A stretch of 63,147 nucleotides of DNA, counting the filler, from Aduncisulcus paluster (taxonomy: Eukaryota), in NCBI GenBank assembly GCA_024181965.1. It is 31 parts of 31 records of this genome, joined end to end, with 100 filler letters (N's around TTAATTAATTAA, not from the genome) between each part and the next. Parts side by side here need not be neighbours in the genome. Positions count along the whole stretch, not along the records: positions 12,349 to 14,128 come from BQXS01004904.1; positions 14,229 to 16,069 come from BQXS01004951.1; positions 16,170 to 18,343 come from BQXS01004994.1; positions 18,444 to 21,181 come from BQXS01004998.1; positions 21,282 to 22,910 come from BQXS01005000.1; positions 23,011 to 24,073 come from BQXS01005097.1; positions 24,174 to 25,491 come from BQXS01005100.1; 24 more parts are not named here. One strand, written 5' to 3'. This document shows, piece by piece, positions 12,349 to 24,363 of the stretch (the first letter of the stretch is position 1; every line of letters starts with the position of its first letter). Made by a program: the position numbers and the translations under genes. Under the pieces are notes generated by a model. The model made no database searches. It saw nothing but the letters and a program-made list of their open reading frames with translations, and was not told the DNA's origin.

Positions 12349-12532
12349 TATACATAATTTGATTTTTACTAAATTGGATGAAACAATTAGTTATGGAAAC
12401 TTAATCTCTTTTGCGCATAAAACAAAAAAATCTATTTGTTATGTATCTGTTGGACAAAATGTACCTGATGATCTTCATGAAGCTAATAGTAACTATTTAA
12501 TTGACTGTTTTATGAATAGACATGTCTCTTAA
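12349..12532 (+). CDS. flhF: Flagellar GTPase FlhF C-terminus
   Basis: Hand translation LIFTKLDETISYG...SVGQNVPDDL; upstream of flhG. Confidence 0.92.
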
Positions 12533-12550
12533 GAAAAGAAGCAGAATATA

Positions 12551-13492
12551 TTGTTTGAAAAAATATCTACACAAGCAAATCGTCTTGTTTCATTAACCAA
12601 CAAAATACATTCAACATCTAAAACAAAAGTTTTAGTGGTGACTTCTGGAAAAGGTGGAGTTGGTAAATCGACACTCACTTCAAATATTGCGTATATACTT
12701 TCTCAAAAAAAGAAAAAAGTTGCAGTTTTAGATGCTGATATTGGACTTGCAAATTTACAAGTTATATTTAATTTGAAACCTAGAAACACAATTAATGATT
12801 ATCTTGAAGGGGAATGTTCTTTAGATAATATTTTAACAACAACAAGCTATCACAATATAACATTAATTGCAGGAAAAAGTGGATATCAATATAGTAATAT
12901 AAATAATAGTATGCATTATTCTCGTTTAGTTGAAGATATAATTGCATTAAATAAATTTGANNNNNNNNNNNNNNNNNNNNNNNNNNNNNNNNNNNNNNNN
13001 NNNNNNNNNNNNNNNNNNNNNNNNNNNNNNNNNNNNNNNNNNNNNNNNNNNNNNNNNNNNNNNNNNNNNNNNNNNAATAAATTTGATATTTTGATAATTG
13101 ATACAGGTGCTGGTTTAAATGAACAAGTGCAAGAGTTTTTGGATTTGACGGATAATATATTGGCATTAACAACAACTGACCCTAGTGCACTTACAGATGT
13201 CTATGCTCTTATAAAAATGGTAAGTATGAAAAAAAATAAACTTATGTTATGCTTTAATTTTACAGCAAAATTTGAAATTGGTAATACAATTACTAATTCT
13301 TTAAAAAATTTAGCCTTAAAAAATAAACTTAATAGAAAATTTATGGTAGAATACTTAGGTAATGTAAGTCAAATGAATAGTATTTCTACTACAGGTAGAT
13401 TACGAAAACTATTTGCAAAAGAGTTAAAAGATGATATTGCATCTTTAGAGTTAAATTTAGTTGTAGAAAATTTGATGAAAAATTTAAAGTGA
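12551..13492 (+). CDS. flhG: MinD-like flagellar number regulator FlhG
   Basis: TSGKGGVGKS, DADIGLAN, IDTGAG and DPSALTDVYALIK. Confidence 0.92.
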   Translation: MFEKISTQANRLVSLTNKIHSTSKTKVLVVTSGKGGVGKSTLTSNIAYILSQKKKKVAVLDADIGLANLQVIFNLKPRNTINDYLEGECSLDNILTTTSYHNITLIAGKSGYQYSNINNSMHYSRLVEDIIALNKFXXXXXXXXXXXXXXXXXXXXXXXXXXXXXXXXXXXXXXXNKFDILIIDTGAGLNEQVQEFLDLTDNILALTTTDPSALTDVYALIKMVSMKKNKLMLCFNFTAKFEIGNTITNSLKNLALKNKLNRKFMVEYLGNVSQMNSISTTGRLRKLFAKELKDDIASLELNLVVENLMKNLK

Positions 13493-13499
13493 GTAGATA

Positions 13500-13832
13500 A
13501 TGATTGTAGAAAAATTTTCTATTAAAATATTGCAAAGTCGTATATTCGATATATATGTGGCTACTGTATTTTTCGCTTCAGCAATATTTTTTGTATTGAA
13601 CTCGTCTATTTTCACCCCTTTAGAGATGATGTTTGGAATAGTTTTTTCAACTATTATATTTAAGGGGGTAGCTAACATAATGTTATCTATGACGATTTCA
13701 TTAATAAATCTAGATAATCAGCACGACCTCAATGAATTTAAAAAGTCATCTGATGATTTAGAGTCTTTGGTAAATGATTTAGCTATACAAGAAGCATCGA
13801 TTCAAAGCAATAAAAATAACAAAAATGTATGA
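13500..13832 (+). CDS. Hypothetical two-TM membrane protein within the flagellar operon
   Basis: Intact ORF with two hydrophobic stretches, tightly spaced between flhG and fliE. Confidence 0.8.
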   Translation: MIVEKFSIKILQSRIFDIYVATVFFASAIFFVLNSSIFTPLEMMFGIVFSTIIFKGVANIMLSMTISLINLDNQHDLNEFKKSSDDLESLVNDLAIQEASIQSNKNNKNV

Positions 13833-13845
13833 TAAAGGATAAAAG

Positions 13846-14128
13846 ATGAAGTTATCAGAAGTTACAAATTCATTTAGTGGTATAAATAAAAATTCATTAT
13901 TAGATTCAATTGGATTAAAAACAGACCTATCTGAAGATAAAGATAAATCACAAAGTTTTTCACATTTATTAAAAGAATCAATTAACGAAGTAAATCAAAA
14001 TCAAGTAAATGCTTATGATGCAATGGACGATATTGCAACAGGAAAAGTAGAAAATCTTCAAAAAGCTGTTCAAAAAATTGAAGAAGCAGAATTAAGTTTA
14101 AAACTTGGACTAGAAGTAAAAAATAAAG
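13846..14128 (+). CDS. fliE: Flagellar hook-basal body protein FliE, 3'-partial
   Basis: SFSHLLKESINEVN...IATGKVENLQ...AELSLKLGLEVKNK, with an AAGGA RBS. Confidence 0.9.
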
Positions 14129-14312
14129 NNNNNNNNNNNNNNNNNNNNNNNNNNNNNNNNNNNNNNNNNNNNTTAATTAATTAANNNNNNNNNNNNNNNN
14201 NNNNNNNNNNNNNNNNNNNNNNNNNNNNTGTCGCGATCGGTGCGCATGATCGCGACAATACCCCGCGACTGTGACAACTAGATTGACATGCGGCTGCGCC
14301 GTGGAAGGCGCG

Positions 14313-16035
14313 CTAATACGCCCCGTCGCTGCGCGCCACCGCGCGGAACGTACGCCACAGGATCGACACGTCGGACACCATCGACCAATTCTCGACATAG
14401 GACAGATCCAGCCGCACAGCCTCATCCCACGGCAGATCAGAGCGTCCGCTGACCTGCCACAGACCCGTCATTCCGGGCTTGACCAGCAGCCGGCGTTTGA
14501 TCACCTCGGTGTATTCCTCCACCTCACGGCGTAACGGTGGCCGGGGCCCCACCAAGCTCATCTCGCCGCGCAGCACGTTGAACAGCTGGGGCAGCTCATC
14601 AAGGCTGGTGCGGCGCAGGAACCTGCCCACCATGGTGACGCGCGGATCTTCACGCATCTTGAAAAGTGGCCCGGCACCGTCATTTTGGGCCATCAGCGCG
14701 GCCACCATCTTGTCTGCGCCGACCACCATGGAACGGAATTTGATCATGCGGAAGGGCCTGGATCGCACACCGATGCGCTCGGCCGAGTANNNNNNNNNNN
14801 NNNNNNNNNNNNNNNNNNNNNNNNNNNNNNNNNNNNNNNNNNNNNNNNNNNNNNNNNNNNNNNNNNNNNNNNNNNNNNNNNNNNNNNNNNNNNNNNNNNN
14901 NNNNNNNNNNNNNNNNNNNNNNNNNNNNNNNNNNNNNNNNNNNNNNNNNNNNNNNNNNNNNNNNNNNNNNNNNNNNNNNNNNNNCCAGGGCGCACGCCAA
15001 CAGAAGGGGGCTGAATCCGATGATGAGCAGAAGCGCGCCGATCCGGTCGAACAACACCTTGTGCAGCCGTGACGCACCCTCGTACTGGGGTTCGGCGAGA
15101 TGGATCAGCGGCATCGATCCGGCGGGGCGCACCCGGACCCGAGGCTGATCGACATCGAACACGCCAGGCGAAACCAGCAGACTGACCCCGATCTCGCTGA
15201 GGTGCCAGGCCAGTTCGCGCATCTTCTCCGGACCGAGCTGCTCGGTGGCGGTCACCGCGACCGTGTCCGCGCCGGCCTCTGTCACCGCGGCGACAATGCG
15301 GTCCTCCGAACCCAGGATGGGGATCACCCGATCGACAACTTCGATGTTCTGGCCGAGCGCGCCCAGGTACCCCGGGACGCAAACGCCGACAACGCGATAC
15401 CCGAGCGCGGTATCGCGGCCGAAAGCCTCCGCCAGATTCAGTGCCGCGGTGTCACCACCGAGCACCACCACCTTGAAGATCTGCTTCCCGCGGGCACGCT
15501 GCCGGTTCAGCCACATCCGGCTGAGCTTTCGGTTGAGCAGCAGGAACACGATTCCGACGATGAGGGACATTCCCAACGCGAAACGCGAGACATTGAATTT
15601 GAACAGCACGCTCACGATGGCGAACAGACCGAACATGTGGAAGGTCGCGCGCAGCACCCGCTGGTACTCCTCGCCGCCGCTGCCCATCAGATGGGGATCA
15701 CGGCTGCGATAGACGCCCAACAGCAGAGCCCAGTAGCCAAAAAAGACGACTCTGATCCAGAACTCAGCGAGCGTCATCGGGTTCGTGGCGTTACGCAGCT
15801 CAATCCACGTCCAGCCGGCGGCGGCCACGATCGTTGAGTCCGTGATCAGTAGCCACCGACCGTAGAGATCTCCCCAGTGGGTCGCGCGGTGTCCTGCCGA
15901 CATCTGTCCGACCGCGGCATGCGACCTGCGCGATCGCCGGATGCTGCCAACGCGGCCCCGCAACCGAGTGGGCGCTGAGGATCCCTCATCCACCGCGACC
16001 ACAGGCACGTCCTCCATCACCAACAACATCAGCAA
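14313..16035 (-). CDS. Polyprenyl-phosphate glycosylphosphotransferase (WcaJ/WbaP-like), mycobacterial
   Basis: KFRSM, DPRVT.VGRFLRRTSLDELPQLFNVL.GEMSLVGPRP and KPGMTGLWQVSGRS; N-terminal TM segments. Confidence 0.93.
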
Positions 16036-16169
16036 ATCAGCAGAACAGCTCGTGTCATGGAGTTCAGGANNNNNNNNNNNNNNNNNNNNNNNNNNNNNNN
16101 NNNNNNNNNNNNNTTAATTAATTAANNNNNNNNNNNNNNNNNNNNNNNNNNNNNNNNNNNNNNNNNNNN

Positions 16170-16461
16170 GAATAAAGTCCATTGATATTAAAGAGTGTAA
16201 GACTTGTTTATCTATTTTTCTTTTGGAATTATAATCTATATCTTCTACTGCTGCTTGTTTATCCTTAATCTTTGAAGCTTTTAAGTTTGTTGCTATTCGT
16301 TTATTATGTAAAAATATCTCTTGAGCTTCAAGTAGATTATATAATCTCTCATCGAAAGACATTTTATTGTAGTTTACATCTTCAATTTGTCTAAGGTAAG
16401 CATCTTTTAAACCTTGATAGTTTAAATCGTTTATTTTATTTATTACTGTTGTTTGATTCAT
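16170..16461 (-). CDS. istB: IS21 helper ATPase IstB, 3'-partial
   Basis: MSFDERLYNLLEAQ...VEDIDYNSKRKID, directly after istA. Confidence 0.9.
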
Positions 16462-16475
16462 TTTAGTATTTCCTT

Positions 16476-18175
16476 TTATTTATAATATTCTGGTCCACGA
16501 ATATTTTTGTGACCATTAAGTACTGGATTGAGTGTATTGTTTACAGCTTGCATATAAAGCTTTTTTGACAATATAGATTCAATTGACTTTACATTTGTTG
16601 CATTTATAGATATTGCATAACCTAGTGCTAAATCCAATTCTATTTTTCCATATATTTTTGCTTTTGATAAAATGGATATAACACCCTTATATGAATGAGC
16701 TGGGTAAGATGCTGAGTCTATTCTATTTTGAACAAACTGCTTTGTATTTATCCCTATTGAAGTAGCCCAATTTAATAATCTTTGAGGATTCATCTTCTCA
16801 TCTTGATATTGATGATTCAGTGGCATATGCTCTTTAAGTGTTGATGTATCATTTATTNNNNNNNNNNNNNNNNNNNNNNNNNNNNNNNNNNNNNNNNNNN
16901 NATGATAAATCTCTACTAGTGTAGTTGAATACTTTATTTCTACTTTCTCTTTTAAATATTTAAAATGTACTGAGTAAAAACATTTTAACAGTTCTACATG
17001 ATAATCTATATTGACTCTTGCTAACTTAAATTCTTTATAAATAAATCTATTTACAGGAAGTACTTGTAGATAATTTTTTTCATTTTCATTAAAAAGATCT
17101 GTTCTACTTTTCCCCAACTTTTTCATAATTTTATTATTATAAAGATGAAGTAATGGTGATATCGCATCATTTATCTCATCCACATTAAAAAAGGTTCTAT
17201 TTCTAAATACTGCTAGAATCCATCTTTGAATTGCTTGAACGCCTTGTTCTGCTTTAGCTTTATCTTGTGGTTTTCTTGGTCGTGCTGGTTGAACTACACA
17301 ATTATAATGACGTGCCATTTCAGCATAACTCTCATTTATAACTATCCCTTTTTTATTATTGGTGATAACTGCACTTTTTAGATTATCAGGCACCATTACT
17401 TTTGGAACTCCTTCATAAAATTCATATGCAAGTACATGTGATTTTATAAAGTCTTCTTTTTTTTGTGATGGTGTTGCATGTACAAATGTATAGCCAGATG
17501 CTCCTAATACACTAACGAATATTTGTGATTTACTTATCTCACCAGTTATATTATCAACAACAGGTACAACAACCCCACTATAATCAATAAACATTTGTTC
17601 TCCTGGAATATATGTTTGTCTCATAGTTGGATTTAATTTCTTCTTGTATTTATAGTAGTATTCTTTAAACTGACTACAACCATAACCATCANNNNNNNNN
17701 NNNNNNNNNNNNNNNNNNNNNNNNNNNNNNNNNNNNNNNNNNNNNNNNNNNNNNNNNNNNNNNNNNNNNNNNNNNNNNNNNNNNNNNNNNNNNNNNNNNN
17801 NNNNNNNNNNNNNNNNNNNNNNNNNNNNNNNNNNNNNNNNNNNTCAGGATGTTGTTCTTTATACTCTTGCCAAAGAAGTTCAAAGGTTACACCTCTTTTA
17901 GCTATCTCTTTATGAATATATTCAACATCTGGTAGTGGTCTTGTTTTATACTTATTTACTAGTTTCTTTTCTGGAAATAATAATTGATAGATTATATCTT
18001 CATCAATTTTAAGAAACTCATCTATACTATATTTGGTTATCTCAAACCTTTTACAATAATCAGCTACTGTTGAGCTTGGTACATTTACCGCTCTACTTAT
18101 TTGTCTATAAGATATATTTGTAACAAATCTTAAATTTAATATATCTTTAATTTTTCTCATTGAAAGTCTCCTCAT
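16476..18175 (-). CDS. istA: IS21 transposase IstA (split only by N-gaps)
   Basis: N-terminal HTH, LLWQEYKEQHP|DGYGCSQF joined across the gap, FIDYSG, VPDNLKSAV and KPQDKAKAE (DDE). Confidence 0.95.
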
Positions 18176-18259
18176 TTTTTACCCCTTGTTATTTAAACAA
18201 AGTGTAGTTAACTTTAGAAAACTTTTTACTTATAAAGTCCTAGCCGGAATTTAACAAAA

Positions 18260-18343
18260 CTGTACGGATACAAATCGGCTAACTGTCCGATTCAACTTCG
18301 GCTGGCTGTCCGAGAACAAATCGCCTGGCTGTCCGAATGTGAC
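18260..18343 (-). repeat. IS21 left-end transposase-binding repeats, 23-bp period x4
   Basis: CTGT(A/C)CG units start at 18260, 18283, 18306 and 18329. The minus strand begins GTCACATTCGG, one base short of a TG terminus. Confidence 0.85.
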
Positions 18344-18443
18344 NNNNNNNNNNNNNNNNNNNNNNNNNNNNNNNNNNNNNNNNNNNNTTAATTAATTAAN
18401 NNNNNNNNNNNNNNNNNNNNNNNNNNNNNNNNNNNNNNNNNNN

Positions 18444-18628
18444 ATACGAAAAAAATACTTGATACACTAAAACAAAATCACAATAATCTTCCTTACAATT
18501 ACAAAACAGACTCAGAAATAGTAAAAGAGATGTTTGGTATGAGTAAAAAAGCATATAAACGAGCACTAACAAGTTTAATAGAAAATAATCTCATCAAAAT
18601 AGATGAAAATGGAATGGAGCTTATTTAA
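18444..18628 (+). CDS. CvfB/YitL S1-domain RNA-binding protein C-terminus
   Basis: Hand translation LPYNYKTDSEIVKEMFGMSKKAYKRALTSL. Confidence 0.85.
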
Positions 18629-18972
18629 TGGAAGATATGATTAGAGATTGGGGATATATCATTTTATTTTTATACTCTTTTGGTGGAGGTTTTTTAGCAC
18701 TTGTAGTAGCTGGAATATTATCCTTTAGTGGAGAGTTAAATATATTTGTTACTATTTTAGTAGCTGGTGTTGCTAACTTTATAGGAGATCAATTTTTATT
18801 TACAATTGCTAGAAAAAACAAAGCCCAAGCAAAACAGATAATGCAAAAACACAGAAGAAAAATAGCTATGTCACATCTTCTTATGAGAAAATATGGTTCA
18901 TGGGTTATATTTCTCCAAAAATATGTATATGGTATCAAGACACTTATCCCTTTAGCTATGGGACTTACAAAA
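18628..18972 (+). CDS. DedA family membrane protein, 3' end in a gap
   Basis: WGYIILFLYSFGGG, NFIGDQFLF and QKYVYGIKT. Confidence 0.9.
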
Positions 18973-19209
18973 NNNNNNNNNNNNNNNNNNNNNNNNNNNN
19001 NNNNNNNNNNNNNNNNNNNNNNNNNNNNNNNNNNNNNNNNNNNNNNNNNNNNNNNNNNNNNNNNNNNNNNNNNNNNNNNNNNNNNNNNNNNNNNNNNNNN
19101 NNNNNNNNNNNNNNNNNNNNNNNNNNNNNNNNNNNNNNNNNNNNNNNNNNNNNNNNNNNNNNNNNNNNNNNNNNNNNNNNNNNNNNNNNNNNNNNNNNNN
19201 NNNNNNNNN

Positions 19210-21144
19210 ATCTCATGACCATAAGTGTCATTAACATGTTTAAATTTATCTAAATCTAGAAAAAACAACGCCATTTTTCTATTAAAACGATTACATTTTT
19301 TAAGTTCACGAGTAAAATCAATTTCTAGTTTTCTTCTATTTGATAGTTTTGTTAGAGTATCAACTTCACTTAAATATGTAAGTTGTTTATTTGCTAAATC
19401 AAGCTCCTTAGTTCTCTCTTTTACTATTTGTTCTAAATTATCTTGATGCTCTTTTAACTCTTCTTCTACTTTTTTATATTTTGTGATATCTGTTCTTATA
19501 GATATATAACAGTCTATATTTCCATTTGAATCCAAAAATGGAATNNNNNNNNNNNNNNNNNNNNNNNNNNNNNNNNNNNNNNNNNNNNNNNNNNNNNNNN
19601 NNNNNNNNNNNNNNNNNNNNNNNNNNNNNNNNNNNNNNNNNNNNNNNNNNNNNNNNNNNNNNNNCTACCCAATAATATTCACCATTTTTATTTTTATTTT
19701 TTACTTCATCTTGCCAAATACCTTTTTGACTCAATATAGAATACATCTCTTTCCAATAAGAGGTCGGTTGATGACCAGAGTTTAATATTCTATGATTTTT
19801 CCCAATGAGTTCTTCTTCTGTATACGCACTTATTCTACAAAATTTATCGTTAGCATAAGTTATATTACCTTTGATATCAGTCATAGCGATAATAGAATGC
19901 TGATCCATTGCAAACCTTTGATTTGCCAAAATCTCTTCTATCCTCTTTTGGTAAGTGATATCAGTTCTAATTGAGAAAAAGCTATTTGCTTTTCCATTAT
20001 CATCTAAAAATGGAATAATACTTGTATCAACCCAATAATAACTACCATTTTTTGATATATTTTTAACTTGATCTTTCCAAATGTTTCCACTTAAAACAGT
20101 TTCATACATCGCTTTCCAATAAGAAGATGGTTGATTACCAGAGTTTACTATTCTGTGATTTTGACCAATTAACTCCTCTTTTGAATATCCACTAATCTCA
20201 ATAAATTTATCATTTGCATAAGTTATTTTTCCTGATGTATCAGTAGTAGCAATAATAGCATGCTGATCAATTGCAAACTTATGCTTAACAAGTGCACTTG
20301 AAAGTTCTTTTTGTTCTGTGATATCACTTCGTATTGAGATATAACTTTCAGGCTTGCCATCTTCTCCTAAATGAGGAACAATTGTAGTATCTACCCAGTA
20401 ATAAGCCCCATATTTATTTTTGTTTTTAACTTCATCTTGCCAAATATTTCCCTTAGATATAGTCTCATACATCTCTTTCCAATATGATTTTGGTTTGTTA
20501 TTTGAATTTAAAATTCTATGGTTTTGACCGATTAGTTCATCTTTAGAATAACCACTGATTACACAAAAATTATCGTTGACATAAGTTATGATACCTTGAT
20601 TATCAGTTTTTGCAATAATAGAATGTTGGTCAATAGCAAAACTATTATTCTCAAAACTATCTACTAATTCTATTTCATTAGTGATGTCAACATAGATACT
20701 AACATACATTTCAGGCTTCCCCTCTGTATCTAGAAAAGGGATTATTGTTCTATCTACACAGTAAAAAATACCATTTTTAGTTTTGTTTTGAAGCTTATCA
20801 TTCCAAATATTACCTTTGTTTAATGCTGTATAAAGAGACTTTACATAAGTATCAGATTGGTGGTCAGAATTGAAAATGGTATCGTTTTTTCCTATCAATT
20901 CCTCTTTTTTATATCCACTGAGTGTACAAAATATATCGTTAGCGTAGTTAATTAAACCAGATGTATCTAAAATAACAATTCCTGTATTATTATCAGTTGA
21001 GTGTTCTTTAAATATTTTTGCGGCTTGCAAAGCTGTACCTCTCATATTTATCCTATATTTAAATTTAACATAATCTACCATAATATAGATAACAAATCTC
21101 TTCAAAGAAACTATAAAGAGACTCGTTCGTATCAAAGTTATCAT
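19210..21144 (-). CDS. Multi-PAS (4x) diguanylate cyclase, 3' end in a gap; start uncertain
   Basis: Four ITYAND.F..SGY.KEELIG.NHRI...YWV repeats, then DTLTKLSNRR and LDLDKFKHVNDTYGH. Confidence 0.9.
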
Positions 21145-21343
21145 TTTATTTGCTATTTATCTAAAAATTCTTTAATAAAATNNNNNNNNNNNNNNNNNNN
21201 NNNNNNNNNNNNNNNNNNNNNNNNNTTAATTAATTAANNNNNNNNNNNNNNNNNNNNNNNNNNNNNNNNNNNNNNNNNNNNGCATTTGTAAGTGTGAATT
21301 TCACTTGCGTGGTCGGAAATTTTGGATTCATACGGATCATAAG

Positions 21344-22446
21344 AATTTGAAATGGATACCACAGGGAAACTTTTTCTCAGGATCCATTTTATATCAATAA
21401 TAAATCAAAATAATATCCGAAATGAAAGTTTGATTACAGAAAGAATGTTCATAAATAAGTATCAGAATGATATAGGAAATGATATCATTTTGAAAAATTA
21501 AAATGATATCAATTTTGAAGTTGATTTGGAAATCGCCATCCAGTTTCAGATATGATCATAAAAATATAAGGGGGCCTTTTAAGCCTAAATTAATGTTTTA
21601 TATGGGTTTATTTGGCCCCGGACGCTATTAGAATCTTAAATAAAGCATGTTTAAAGGGTGAAATCGAGGGCAACATTTTTGAGTCAGATTTACTATTATA
21701 ATTTAGCTTAAATAATGTCAAAAAATTAAAAACAAACAAAACAAACAAAAAAAAACATAAAAATCCTGGAGTATACTCCATTTTGGGGGTATTTACATAA
21801 AAAACAAAAAAGCAGAAACGTCACGTTATGGTACGGTACCATAAAAAAAACAAAAATAGACCATCAAAATATTATTACCACCTCCNNNNNNNNNNNNNNN
21901 NNNNNGAATTTGAAATGGATACCACAGGGAAACTTTTTCTCAGGATCCATTTTATATCAATAATAAATCAAAATAATATCCGAAATGAAAGTTTGATTAC
22001 AGAAAGAATGTTCATAAATAAGTATCAGAATGATATAGGAAATGATATCATTTTGAAAAATTAAAATGATATCAATTTTGAAGTTGATTTGGAAATCGCC
22101 ATCCAGTTTCAGATATGATCATAAAAATATAAGGGGGCCTTTTAAGCCTAAATTAATGTTTTATATGGGTTTATTTGGCCCCGGACGCTATTAGAATCTT
22201 AAATAAAGCATGTTTAAAGGGTGAAATCGAGGGCAACATTTTTGAGTCAGATTTACTATTATAATTTAGCTTAAATAATGTCAAAAAATTAAAAACAAAC
22301 AAAACAAACAAAAAAAACATAAAAATCCTGGAGTATACTCCATTTTGGGGGTATTTACATAAAAAACAAAAAAGCAGAAACGTCACGTTATGGTACGGTA
22401 CCATAAAAAAAACAAAAATAGACCATCAAAATATTATTACCACCTC
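21344..22446. repeat. About 540-bp direct duplication across a 20-N gap (probable assembly artefact)
   Basis: 21344-21885 matches 21906-22446 apart from A-run length. Confidence 0.85.
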
Positions 22447-22679
22447 CCCTGGGTTGCGCAGGCCCAGAGGAGATAATATTAATATCTTTGATTACGAACA
22501 AAGAAAGATTTGCACAAATCCCAATCCAACACACCCAAACCGCGGAAAATTATATCCAATAAAAATGTCACTTTCACAACTTACAACGTCTAAAATAATT
22601 TATTTTGTGCCCAAAATAATTTTATCCTGCTCTAATCTCCTCATATAGAGAAATATCCATCTTTGCTATCACGAAGTAT

Positions 22680-22910
22680 ATGGCAACCCCAAACCTCCAA
22701 CTCATTACTGGAGGTACTCTTACAGCACCACCTCACCCCACTGTTGCCATTCTTAATAACGGGAAAGGGCAATTAGACAAAAAGAGAATATTTGTCAGAT
22801 GTAAGCATTGCCAACGCTCCATAGGGCATATGCACCACTCTAAGTGGCGATCACGATGGACAGAGGATGATTTCAAGTGTACCTGTCCCAGGTTTCTTGC
22901 CTGTCCTGTG
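22680..22910 (+). CDS. Hypothetical Cys/His-rich N-terminal fragment (possible zinc finger)
   Basis: ATG-initiated ORF with CKHC...HMHH...CTCP, open to the scaffold end. Confidence 0.35.
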
Positions 22911-23010
22911 NNNNNNNNNNNNNNNNNNNNNNNNNNNNNNNNNNNNNNNNNNNNTTAATTAATTAANNNNNNNNNNNNNNNNNNNNNNNNNNNNNNNNNN
23001 NNNNNNNNNN

Positions 23011-24073
23011 ATGATATTTTCTTCGTAGACAACATTATGATAGATGTATGTTTTTGATGTTGCAGAATATTTCAGATTTTTTGAGACATTCTAATTGTTT
23101 GCTCTCTGTAATACATTGTATACTATTATGTATGGAAAAGTTCCCCATTCACCTTGGAGACAAATACGTAAGTATTGAAAAGGGGTTTATTCAAAGATCA
23201 TTAACGATCAATTACATTCTAACAAAATTTGACCCACCTATTTTTAAGTTGGTGGGGCCAAATAGTATTTTTGCATATGACAAAAAATTGGACCCTGAAA
23301 TGACTCTCTGTAAGATCAAAGAGTTTCAGGCAAACACCATTGAAAATAGTATGGTTGCTCAGTGTCGGGCTCTTATCGATAGCAGCCATACCTCTATAGA
23401 CACAACTCTCCCATTAATGGAAGATGATTTTGGAGCTGGGGCTGATGAACCGCTTACATTGACATCCGTTACAAGTACTACTAGAACCAGGAGTAACATT
23501 TCTGCTTGTACCCATATCAGTCGAGAATTACGTTATTTTGAGAAAGTTCGGCTTGTACAGGAAGCCATAAGAGGTCTGTCTTGTTCAAGAGACCCCAAAA
23601 GACATCTGTGTTTCATCCTTAGAAGGACATTTATTCCTACTCTTTCTGCGAATTCTGTAACATGCCAAGCTGAGAGCATAATCCCTTATGTTACTAAATT
23701 GTTGCCAAATGTATATGGTGGAATAACCGAAGGGATATATTTTTCTCTCCAAAAGATTATTGAATATTCATTTGCAAATATATATGACAAATTCAGATCA
23801 TTGAGTGATATTGAAGAATGTTCTGCTTGGGTGCATGGCCATATCGATGACACATATAGTGTTGGAATTATGACATTCGCAGACGATATGCCACTAACAT
23901 CAATGGCATATAATCCAATGATGGTCGTGTCATTTACATTTATCAATTTCACAGTGGACTTTAGATCAAGTCTAAAAAGTCGGTTCCTTTTGATGCTTGC
24001 CCCTGGAGGCTCTGTACCAGATAAATCCAGACAAGTTGAAGCCGTAATCAATCGAGAAATTGCAATTTGTGAT
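23011..24073 (+). mobile_element. Probable CACTA/Mirage/Plavaka-like transposase fragment (eukaryotic)
   Basis: TFADDMP...VVSFTFINFTVDFRSSLKSRFLLMLAP resembles the first-catalytic-D ... NLP..R....lL block of this group; the ORF spans the scaffold. Confidence 0.55.
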
Positions 24074-24173
24074 NNNNNNNNNNNNNNNNNNNNNNNNNNN
24101 NNNNNNNNNNNNNNNNNTTAATTAATTAANNNNNNNNNNNNNNNNNNNNNNNNNNNNNNNNNNNNNNNNNNNN

Positions 24174-24333
24174 TAAATTTATACAAAACATATAAAAAAA
24201 ACAAAAGGTACCCATATGCAATATATCCCAAATACTCTTTAGAATAAGCAGATACTATAGAACCTATTTTACCTACTACATTTACATCAGAGATAAAAAT
24301 AGAAATTGATAAAAAAATTAAAATAAATGCCAT
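24174..24333 (-). CDS. Probable FtsK N-terminal membrane region, partial
   Basis: TM segments with VGKIG...YLGYIAY, downstream of lpxD as in Campylobacterota. Confidence 0.55.
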
Positions 24334-24363
24334 AATTATTGAGGCTATTTTGAAAACTATGAT

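Larger units (their letters stand above)
16170..18343 (-). mobile_element. IS21-family insertion sequence (left end, istA, partial istB)
   Basis: An istA-istB pair plus a multi-repeat terminus. Confidence 0.95.

Noticed and set aside
18260-18343. Regularly spaced repeats resembling a mini-CRISPR
   Set aside because: The period is 23 bp with no unique spacers and no cas genes; the position matches IS21 terminal repeats.
21344-22446. Apparent LTR-like direct repeat
   Set aside because: The copies flank a 20-N gap and differ only in homopolymer length, indicating unmerged overlapping contigs.
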